DNA of 59,664 bases, counting the filler, from Squatina squatina (Eukaryota), in assembly GCA_031763465.1 (NCBI GenBank). It is 3 parts of 3 records of this genome, joined end to end, with 100 filler letters (N's around TTAATTAATTAA, not from the genome) between each part and the next. Parts side by side here need not be neighbours in the genome. Positions count along the whole stretch, not along the records: positions 36,014 to 59,664 come from JARFOE010000057.1; 2 more parts are not named here. One strand, given 5' to 3'. The notes beneath the pieces were generated by a model. It was not told the DNA's origin and did not search any database. It saw nothing but the letters and a program-made list of their open reading frames with translations. A program made the translations under genes and the position numbers. Position 1 is the first letter of the stretch. Every line of letters starts with the position of its first letter. Positions 49,993 through 59,664 of this stretch are shown here, piece by piece.

Positions 49993-50152
49993 TTTAAAAC
50001 CTCCAAGTAGCCTTTTGCAGCAGCCACATGCAGAGCTGTACCACCCGATTTGGTGTTCCTTACATCTTCTATTTTGCCACTATTTAACCACTGCCTGGCA
50101 TCCTGGAGCATTCTGTGTTCCTCCTCTTTCCTTGCAGCCTCAACATCAATTC
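49993..50152 (-). CDS. PPP1R12B: MYPT ankyrin exon
   Basis: GIDVEAARKEEEHRMLQDARQWLNSGKIEDVRNTKSGGTALHVAAAKGYLEVLK; AG/GTAAG. Confidence 0.9.
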
Positions 50153-50495
50153 CTATGGAGGAGGAATGGCACAATGAGCATAAGGTACTTTATCTCCCTA
50201 AATTTTCTCAAAATATCCTAATCTGGACACACAAAACTTAGCATGTTAAAATTTTGCACTTTTAATGCAATATCCGCTGTCTAGTTGCATTGTTTAGTTA
50301 TGCCCGTATTCCTTGCCAAGAGTTCAATACAACAAAATTACCCATCTCAATATGTTGCACACGTAACTAATAACAAACTGTCTCATGTTCTATCTNNNNN
50401 NNNNNNNNNNNNNNNNNNNNNNNNNNNNNNNNNNNNNNNNNNNNNNNNNNNNNNNNNNNNNNNNNNNNNNNNNNNNNNNNNNNNNNNNNNNNNNN

Positions 50496-50630
50496 CCTCC
50501 ACCCCACCAAACCCGAACCTCCCTCACCCCTCCACCCCACCAAACCCGAACCTGCCCTCACCCCTCCACCCCCACCAAACACGAACTCGCCGTCACCCCT
50601 CCTCCCCACCAAACCCGACCTCCCCACCCC
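50496..50630. repeat. C/G-rich minisatellite, about 4 copies of a 33-35 bp unit
   Basis: Unit CCTCCACCCCACCAAACCCGAACCT(G)CCCTCACC; runs into a gap. Confidence 0.85.
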
Positions 50631-50647
50631 TGCCCTGCCCGCAGTAC

Positions 50648-50878
50648 CTGGTGCAGCGCCGTCAGCCCGTCCACATGAGCGTAGTTGATGTCCGCGCCGC
50701 GGTCCAGCAGCCGCTTCACCTCCTCGGTGTCGCCGCTCGAGCAGGCGGCCAGGAAGACGGCGCCGTCGTCGAACTTGACCCGCGCCTTGCGCTTCTTGAG
50801 CACGGGCGGCTCCAGCTCGGTCTCCGAGCCCAGCCAGCGCTTCAGCTGCTCGTTGCGCTTCTGCTTGGCGTCCGCCAT
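50648..50878 (-). CDS. PPP1R12B: MYPT exon 1 (MyPhoNE, KVKF-type PP1-binding motif, first ankyrins)
   Basis: MADAKQKRNEQLKRWLGSE..RVKFDDGAVFLAACSSGD..DGLTALHQ|GT. Paralogue call is from downstream exons and adenosine-receptor synteny; the N-terminus itself is PPP1R12A-like. Confidence 0.8.
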
Positions 50879-51090
50879 CTTCCCACCCTGTCGTTCCCAG
50901 TCTCGGTCAGTCTGTCTCGCTCCCGGCGGCCGCTCCGCTCCGCTAACTCAGGGCGGCGGGCGCCAGGGCGCCGCTCATCTGCATAATCCCGCGAGAGCGC
51001 GCGGCCCCTCCCACCCGGCCGGCCGGCGAGACCTGGCTCCGGGTTACGTCATGCGCCGTGGGCGGGGAGTGACGTCATCTAGCAGCCCCT
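50879..51090 (-). promoter_or_regulatory. CpG-island promoter with two CRE/ATF sites and a GC box
   Basis: TTACGTCA 51044-51; GGGCGGGG 51060-67; TGACGTCA 51070-77. Confidence 0.7.
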
Positions 51091-52764
51091 CCAACACACC
51101 ACTCACTTATATGCAGGNNNNNNNNNNNNNNNNNNNNNNNNNNNNNNNNNNNNNNNNNNNNNNNNNNNNNNNNNNNNNNNNNNNNNNNNNNNNNNNNNNN
51201 NNNNNNNNNNNNNNNNNGTGGTCAGCTCTTAGGTCCCTGTGTTCAGATGTTGGCAGAGATGGCCATGACATACATCATGAGGTGGTAATACCAATGGATC
51301 TTGGCATTGTGATTTAGCATTTATTCACAAGTGAGGCAACTAAGAATGACCCTTTCCAAACCTCCAGGCCCCCAAGAGTCAAACAGGACAAACCAGCAAA
51401 TAAGAAATTTGTATTATAGGAGTGAGATGTTTGAGCTTTGTGGGATGAATTAGCCATAAGCTACAGTTTTGATACCCCTGCAGTAAGCATCCAACGACAA
51501 TGAAAAAGTGCAGGACTGAACTCAGCCACCTTGGATAATTCATTCACCAGTGTTCCACATAAATCTTGCAATTTTCTGGTCAACAATTGCATTCTGATTA
51601 ATCGATGCAATGTTTTGTAATTATCACGCCATTTTTGAAACAACATACACCTATCTGATTTTCTGTTTTGAAACGTTCTGTGAAGAAAGCTGTTTGCTGT
51701 CTATCAAAAGAGCATTTACCCACTTCACAAATGCAAAACTCCAGACCGGACTTGTGAAGGGAATGGCATTCATTGGATATTTTAAGCTACAAAATGTTAA
51801 TTGGTTTCAAAATTAGGTCCAGTAGCTCTTCATACAGCAATATTTGGCCGTATGAAAGGCTAAAGCAATAGTCAAAGGTTATACAGAGACATGGTTGAAT
51901 GCTCCTGAACAATTTCCAGTTTAACAACTGATTGCTCACATACAATAAGTGGATTTTCCATTTAATTTCAATAGGATGATTTTAGTGTGCTTTTGAGACA
52001 TTTAAATCTAGAATGGAGCACTTTCCCCCCCTTTAACATAGCTACCTCAACGTACAAAGTTGAGGAAATATTTGTTAATATGGAAGGTATATAGCAATCA
52101 AAGTATTCAAAGTAGACGTGCCCATTTGGTATCAAAGATATTAGGGCTGATTTTAATTTTCAGTGGTGGTAGTCAACAGGCAGTACTGGATTGGCCATCC
52201 ATTATACATCCTGCCCAATTCTTTTTCCCATTGAAAGGTCAATCAGCCCGATCATTTTTATATTTCCAGCACAACATAAATTTCAGGTTCTCTTCTGTGG
52301 CATTAAGGAGGGGGTGGAGGGAATATTAATGTAACACCTCAATGTTGTTGCAGGTATTTTACTTCACGCTGTGGCTGTCACCACCGTGCAAATATTCGGA
52401 GTAGTTTATGGATGCAAAGCAACAAAATCTACTGTAAATAGTGTTCCATATCATATCTTTTTCTTTTAAGATTTTCTGCTGACTGAATTCAGACAGGGGT
52501 GGATCGATACTCCACTCACAATGGCTCCCACAGTTACACATCGTCCAAATGGCTGACTTACAGGCCCTGAACAAAACCCTCGTTTGTACTTGTTTACATT
52601 CAGTGGAAAAATATGAGCAACTTTCGAGCCAGCAAATACATGCACTTCCCCACCTCCTGAGCTGCATAGTGGTGGGAGGGAGGCTGGTCGGCGTTGCGGG
52701 GGGGGGGGAGGCGAGGGCGGGGGGTGGTGCAGGGAGGGGTGTAATCAGTACAGAATTTACAAGT

Positions 52765-53029
52765 TCTGTTCTGACGACGTCACCTTCTACACCAGTGCTT
52801 CCGACATGTCTTTCTTTTTCCTCAACTGAGGATTCCCCTCCAACGTGATTGACAAGCCCTCAACCATGTCCGTTCTATTTCCTGCACTTCTGCTCTCACC
52901 CCTTCTCCCTCCCAGAACCATGATAGGGTTCCCCTTGTCCTCACCTTTCAGTCCATCAGCCTCCACATTCAACGGATCATCCTCCGCCATTCTCGCCACC
53001 TCCAGCGCGATCCCACCACCAAACACATC
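52765..53029 (+). mobile_element. Penelope-like RT C-terminal fragment
   Basis: Decayed SDDVTFYTSASDMSFF..GFPSNVIDK..DRVPLVLTF..LHIQRIILRH..LQRDPTTKHI. Confidence 0.7.
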
Positions 53030-53643
53030 NNNNNNNNNNNNNNNNNNNNNNNNNNNNNNNNNNNNNNNNNNNNNNNNNNNNNNNNNNNNNNNNNNNNNNN
53101 NNNNNNNNNNNNNNNNNNNNNNNNNNNNNCTGCAAACTGCCTGTTGGTTTGTTGAACAGTTACTTGAATGGAACAGAAGTCAATTCAGATTGCAATGTAG
53201 GACCAAGAATAAGCATTCCACAGCCTCACCCCTCCCTATAGCTATATTGTCTCCAACCCTGCAATCCCCTCTCCAACTCTCCATTCCTCTGACTCTGATC
53301 TCTTGTGCATCTCTCCCCCCTCTTCGCCTTATTATTGGTGGCTGTCTTCACCTGCCTGGTCCCCACATTCTAAAATTCGTTCTGGATCTCCAGTTCCCTC
53401 CTCCTCCTTTAACACCCTCCTTAAAAATCATTTATTTGCAAAGCGCTTGGTCCCCCGTCCCAATACCTCTTTGGCTCTGTAGCCATTTTTTGATTCCAAC
53501 AAAGCATTGTGGGACGTTTTCTCCATTAAAGGTACTAAATAAATACAAGCAGTTGTCATTTATTACCCCATCAAATGTCATATTAATCACAGTCTCACCC
53601 TTGTTTCTGTATTGAAAAAAAAAATGTTTATGTTGTTCAACAG

Positions 53644-53766
53644 GTATAGGATTATCGTCACACAAAAGAGAGCCTGGATTGCTGTTGGCATCTGCTGGAT
53701 TGGATCTATTTTGATTGGACTAACTCCAATGTTTGGCTGGCACAACAGAAGCGATGAAAAAGTACA
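53644..53766 (+). CDS. Adenosine receptor A3-like, second coding exon 5' part (ICL2-TM4)
   Basis: CAG acceptor; [34 protein letters not shown]; ends at a gap. Confidence 0.85.
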
Positions 53767-54242
53767 NNNNNNNNNNNNNNNNNNNNNNNNNNNNNNNNNN
53801 NNNNNNNNNNNNNNNNNNNNNNNNNNNNNNNNNNNNNNNNNNNNNNNNNNNNNNNNNNNNNNNNNNAACCTTCATAACTGGCTGTGACATTCCTGTTTTC
53901 CTATGTAATCTTAGTAGCATTTGTTCTTGATTATGCCTTCTTTTTAAACAGTAGTATTCCAAGTTTGGCTTTCCGTTTCATAGGACATCAGGAGGAGTTT
54001 CCTGTAAGATAAAAAGGACCAAAATCTTTCTGGCCTACTTTCTTTATAGTAGCTACTTATGCATTTGATATTAGGTGAAGGTGACTGAGTTTATCAATTC
54101 AAATTAGGTATCTTTGACATACTATCGGAGTTACCTGCCCAAGCCTGGTTTTAGTTTAAGTGTCATAAGACTCTATTAACCCTACCCAGATTATTTGCCC
54201 TGGATTCTTGCAACTAAGAGTTAGTGTGCTTAGGTATCCAGA

Positions 54243-54620
54243 ACTGAAGTATTTTGCATAATTAGGAAACAATTAAACAAGAAGGTTACCAATGCTACGG
54301 ACTCCAGGAGATATTTTGGGAAGGAGCTCAAACTCGCAAAATCCCTGGCTTTAGTCTTACTCCTGTTTGCTGTCTGCTGGCTCCCATTGTCCATTCTAAA
54401 CTCCATTTCGTATTTTTTCCTCCAGTGCAAAGTCCCAAAAACTGCCACCAATATTGGAATATTTCTGTCCCATGCAAATTCAGCTGTGAATCCAGTCATA
54501 TACGCTTTCAAGATAAAGAAATTCAGGTTATCATTTCTTCATATTTGGAATAAATATATTCTATGTAAAAATGTTGATGGCCAAATAGTAACAGACAACA
54601 TTTTTAATAGCAGTGTTTGA
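54243..54620 (+). CDS. Adenosine receptor A3-like, TM5 end to stop
   Basis: [66 protein letters not shown]. Confidence 0.85.
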   Translation, partial: TEVFCIIRKQLNKKVTNATDSRRYFGKELKLAKSLALVLLLFAVCWLPLSILNSISYFFLQCKVPKTATNIGIFLSHANSAVNPVIYAFKIKKFRLSFLHIWNKYILCKNVDGQIVTDNIFNSSV

Positions 54621-57414
54621 TTATAGCTCAGAGGACAAAACTTGCATATTTTAATCTAATGCAATGGACAACTATCTCATCAAGAAAAATTGCAATATGG
54701 CTCTACCACATAACCCCATTCTAACCACACCAGATATCACCCTGCTAGATATAGGGAACTTTCATATGGTGAATGATGGTAATTTTCTGTATGTGTATGT
54801 TGGAAAAGGGATTTTATCACAAAGTACCTCGGACAACAGTTCACAGAATACATTCTGTTTTGCTGTATGATGTTTACTGGAACTTACACACTTTATTTAT
54901 TGACTGGCGCATACATGTTTTAGCTCTGTACTGATTAATTCTGTAAGGAGTGCACATGCTAGTATGTCAAAGTTATTGATGCCTTTTTCTGAAAAATGCA
55001 CACCTGAAATTGGACAGTATTGTTTCTTCTAATTGTCTAATGGTGTAAGATGTTTCGATATGTAGCAAAAGCAAAATCAGTGACAGCTCTCTTAAAGAGA
55101 CAAGAAACTTNNNNNNNNNNNNNNNNNNNNNNNNNNNNNNNNNNNNNNNNNNNNNNNNNNNNNNNNNNNNNNNNNNNNNNNNNNNNNNNNNNNNNNNNNN
55201 NNNNNNNNNNTTCTGGATGGTTTACTCTTGGCTCCACTGGATTATCAAGGGAGCTGTGTCTGTCTGTTAATGAATGGCTTCAACATGATTGCTACCCAGC
55301 CTTTAGTACCATCTGTAACATGGTCAGGATTAAACCCAAACATTTAATGAGAGAGTATGTAAAAATTAAACATAATTCTCAGAAAGTGATAAGGGAGAAT
55401 GTAATCCTTATCAGGGCAGAGTGTCTATTGTGAGTTGGGGGCGGGGCAGGATTTATGGTGGGGCTTGCAGCAGTGGATTTTTACAGTAAATAACGCAAAC
55501 AGCAAAGCAAACAAAGTTTATTTACGAAGCAACCAAAGAACATTCATTTAGTTCCAAAACTGACATTATGTCAAGCAGAAGTGCTCTGATGGGTGAAGAA
55601 ACTTTTAAATCACTGCATCAGCAGGAAAGTGTAATCTAGCTTGACTTATGTTACGAATAAATCAGGGGAAAGATATATGTTTATAATGCATGAGAGCTTT
55701 GGCATTAATCATAGTCTGTCTGCTGAAATAATTGTCGTGTTACAATAAATCTGCTCATATTGACTCCATCATTATAGTCAGTTGTAACATTAGATGAGTA
55801 TTAAGAATAATTAATATACAGGGCATTCCACAGAATGCAACATCTCTATTGGGTAGGTAATACATTCCTTTATTGAACTGTTCCAGTTAAAGAAAGTAAC
55901 TCCCGNNNNNNNNNNCTGGGAACAGCACAGATGCCACCATAGTCGGAGCTCCGACTATAGGCTCCTACTGGTGGACATCACTCCAGCGTGTCCACTCGAG
56001 ACGCAATGCCTGAGATGGAGCTCTATCATGAAGATCACACAAAGAACTGAAACTAAAAGAAAATGATTTACTGCCAAGGAAAAACTCATGATAAGGATGA
56101 GCTGGTGGTGATATTAGGAGGAGCTTCATGGGTGAATACATATCACTGATAGTATCAGGATGAACAATATTGAGAAGTGATATCAGATATGACACTGGAA
56201 ACAACTCTGTGCATAAATATGAATCATTGATTGCATTGGGATGAACTGTATGATGAAGTGGTATCAATGGTGACCATTATATGGCATGAACTATACACAC
56301 AGAAATTATTCAATTGTACCATTGGTTTACTGNNNNNNNNNNNNNNNNNNNNNNNNNNNNNNNNNNNNNNNNGTCACATACACCTTGCTCATTACAAACT
56401 CTGTATTAAGCTGCATGAAATAAACATATGGGCAATCAACACCACTAATGTTCACCAATGTCTTAGTGCAAATTTTAGGTCAATAATGATGATTTCTGTC
56501 TTCCAATTAACTGCTAAACATTAAAATGTCAATTAAAATACCACATCAATAGTTTTGATAATTTTCAACTAAATGTAAGGCTTGCTGGCTATATCTTACA
56601 GAGTAATACAGCAAAGTGAACCACCATCAGCAAAAGTACACTCAAAGTTTTATAAAATCCATTTGCAGGTCACCATGTTCCTTAAAATGATACACAGCAA
56701 CAGTCTCCAGCAGCAATTATATTTTGTCTATTTAAATATATCAGCGTCTTGATTCAAATTGATTCCACTCTTAAAATGACTGAATCCTTCAGGAAAAGTT
56801 CACTGTACTCACTGTAATGTTGCTATCGCAAGGATCTGTTCAGTTTGGGAGCAGTAGCCCAGCTGGAAATCTTTTCCTGCTTGATGTGATTGGTGAAGTA
56901 AAGGACCGGAAACCAAAGCCACTCTCTGCTGTGTATCAGCTGCAGTGTTCCCGATCCTCTTCACTCAGTCATCCAGGTATCTCAACCTACACTCACCCTG
57001 TTGTTGATTCAGTGACTGTTAAAATCGGAGAATGTGTAAACATGACAAGGAGAGCAGAAAAGAGTAAACTGAGTAGAAATAGAGTTGGAAAGGCTTTGCC
57101 AACTATGGTTCAAATCCTGAAAAAAAACATTCTTTGCCAGGAGATCAGATGACAGCTGAGGATTTTTGTTTTGCACGTTTACCATTGCGTCACACAATAT
57201 TTTATTAGTTACTCAATGAACTCGATGGTAATGTATCAAAATCAGCATTGATAATGATCTTACACTTGATTATCCAGGCCAATTGCTTCAAGTTTAGAAG
57301 TAATTAAGTTACATAGTACTTTNNNNNNNNNNNNNNNNNNNNNNNNNNNNNNNNNNNNNNNNNNNNNNNNNNNNNNNNNNNNNNNNNNNNNNNNNNNNNN
57401 NNNNNNNNNNNNNN

Positions 57415-57969
57415 AATGTCACTCGGAACTTGTCTATCCTGAAGGCGTACACTATGGGGTTTACAGCAGAGTTTGCATGAGTTAGAAAGATGGCGATGTA
57501 AATCACTATAATTGGTTTGTTGCATGAAGGACAAAACAGTGTAATGCAGTTGATGATATGCAGAGGAAGCCAACATATTGCAAATAAGAGCAACACTAGA
57601 GCCAGTGACTTGGCAAGTTTCAACTCCTTTCCAAAGTACCTGCTTCGATCGGCATTGTTGATTGACATCGCCTTTTGGTTCAGATGCTTCCGAATAAGGT
57701 TAAATATTTCCACATAGATCACAAAGATCAGCACAAGAGGTGGCAGCACCCATCCAAAAAAGTTGAAATACACCATGTAGTCCATGCTGATTACAGTCTC
57801 AAACTGGCACACAATGATATTGCTCATGTGGCTCGAATTCACCCCATCTTGAGTTGCTTCAGTGTAATTGTTCCATCCAAACATAGGGATCATGCCAACG
57901 ATTATAGATATAACCCAGCACAGAATGACAGCAGTCCCAGCTCGTTTCTGCGTCACGATACTCTTATAA
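57415..57969 (-). CDS. ADORA1: Adenosine receptor A1-like, second coding exon (C-terminus in gap)
   Basis: [72 protein letters not shown]; strict orthology to ADORA1 not established. Confidence 0.75.
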
Positions 57970-59255
57970 CTGTAGAAAGGGAGCAAGAACACCAAGTTAG
58001 ATCATCAACTCCACACTTAAGCTCATTGGAACAATTTTCCTTCTAAAACGGTGGTGTGATATCTAGGACGGACACAATGCTTGAGCAGCAATGTACAAGA
58101 TCATGGACTGACAGGACTAAGTTAGTGCCCCACCATTCCGAGCAATCTCTTTGCGAGAAGGAGCCAATCAGAAGCAAGTGCTTTCCCTCAGCAAGTGAGG
58201 GAAAACTGGAGTTCCAGTCACCCTCNNNNNNNNNNNNNNNNNNNNNNNNNNNNNNNNNNNNNNNNNNNNNNNNNNNNNNNNNNNNNNNNNNNNNNNNNNN
58301 NNNNNNNNNNNNNNNNNNNNNNNNNCGTGTGTAACTTGGCGGGGAACTTGAAGGTGATGGTGTTGTTATGCGCCTGCTGCTTTTGTCCTTCTAGGTGGTA
58401 GAGGATGCGGGTTTGGGAGGTGCTGCTGAAGGAGCCTTGGTGACTCCAGCTAGAAGTACAGGTGCTTATGGCAGGTGAGAAGAGGATCAGCCTCTTAACA
58501 TATGCTTGAATAGCCCATGACTCTCTTTTGGTTCACACATATTTGAAAGCAGGACACGTACTTTACAACATTTGGCCTTTTAATTTAGGCAAATAAACAA
58601 AAGCTTCTCATATTATCCAGTTGATTAAAGAATGTGATGTACAATGAAACCTGATAGATGGTAGAAATGAATGGCAGGCACACTATGCTCAAGATTCGGG
58701 TCAACATTAATCAGTCATAGCAACCTATACCATGCAACTAGCAGCTGTCGGTCTGTCACAAGAAATCATACAGGGATCACTGAAATGTCATATCTCATCT
58801 CATAACAATCCACGTTCTGAGAGACCCCCAATAAGTAGATCCCAAATAAATATTATCACAGTACCTTTTACACTTATTTCTTTCCCTGTATATCCTGTTA
58901 AAGGTAGGACTTCCTCGAAACAGGATGTTTGCTTTGTAGCACTGATTGACAAAATTCCCACTTTACAAGGATCACTGACAGGCTAGCTTTATCAAAGTGT
59001 TTTTTTGGTCAAACTAAATTGGTTTAATTTGAGATCAGATGATCATAATGAAATACTGCATGGGATGTATACAAGGATATGATGGTGTTAAACTATTTAA
59101 CCAACTAATGTGACATGGGGATCCAAAGTCTGTAAGTCTATAGAACCGATTTTAACTCGTGCGGGAATCGGGCAGGTGGGGACCTACATGGCAGCAAAGA
59201 CCCCGGCAGCGTGATCCCCAGGTGATTAGAACTCCAGTGTTTTATTTGAATAAGT

Positions 59256-59608
59256 ACATAAGAAATATTCAAAAGATCAAGTACATCAGAAATAAGAGCA
59301 GGAGTAGGCCATTCGGCCCCTCGAGCCTGCTCCTCCATTCAATGAGATCATGGCTGATCTGATTCATGGCCTCAATTCAACTTTCCTGCCTGTTCCCCAT
59401 AACCCTTGACTCCCCTGTTGCTCAAAAATCTGTCTATCTCAGCCTTGAATATATTCAATGACTACCCCAGAGAGCTGTGGAAGCTGAAAGAATTCCAAAG
59501 ATTCATGACCCTCAGAGAAGAAATTCCTCCTCATCTCCATCTTAAATGGGCGACCCCTTATCCTGAGACTCTGCTCCCTAGTTGTATATTCCCCCACGAG
59601 GGGAAACA
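59256..59608 (-). mobile_element. CR1 (HER1-like) LINE 3' end
   Basis: GAGCAGGAGTAGGCCATTCGGCCCCTCGAGCCTGCTCC; SLRIRGRPFKMEMRRNFFS. Confidence 0.85.
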
Positions 59609-59664
59609 TCGTACTGAACCACACAGAACAATAATGTCCCGGGGTTAATCCCCAGACTGATCTC

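Noticed and set aside
50496-50630. CRISPR-like array
   Set aside because: Units are directly tandem with no unique spacers; vertebrate intron; no cas genes.
50285-51317. Plus-strand Pro/Arg-rich ORFs of 210-233 aa
   Set aside because: Antisense shadows of GC-rich MYPT exon 1, its CpG island and the minisatellite.
54307-54390. Recent gene conversion between the two adenosine receptors
   Set aside because: Protein identity is high but synonymous positions are heavily diverged.

Overview
This is vertebrate genomic DNA, most likely from a cartilaginous fish judging by its SINE/LINE content, in a heavily fragmented, homology-scaffolded assembly. It has dozens of uniform 100-N gaps and two N44-TTAATTAATTAA-N44 linkers (18677-18776, 35914-36013) that join three unrelated syntenic blocks. 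Block 1: COL5A2 (-), an unidentified minus-strand gene end, WDR75 (+). Block 2: RALGAPA1 3' end (+), an orphan exon, NFKBIA (+), PRORP (-) head-to-head with PPP2R3C (+). Block 3: PPP1R12B/MYPT2 (-) followed by a tail-to-tail pair of adenosine receptors (A3-like +, A1-like -). All genes are partial because many exons fall in gaps. Gene names rest on my recollection of vertebrate orthologue sequences, not on a search. Repeats include Deu-type tRNA SINEs, L2, CR1, Penelope-like and Harbinger-like elements. No CRISPR arrays, rRNA/tRNA genes or prokaryotic systems were seen, and I cannot claim a wholly new biological system. The best leads are the unidentified gene end at 11.4-11.9 kb, the A3-like/A1-like receptor pair, a microexon-based C-terminal switch in RALGAPA1, and a candidate internal first exon in PPP1R12B.
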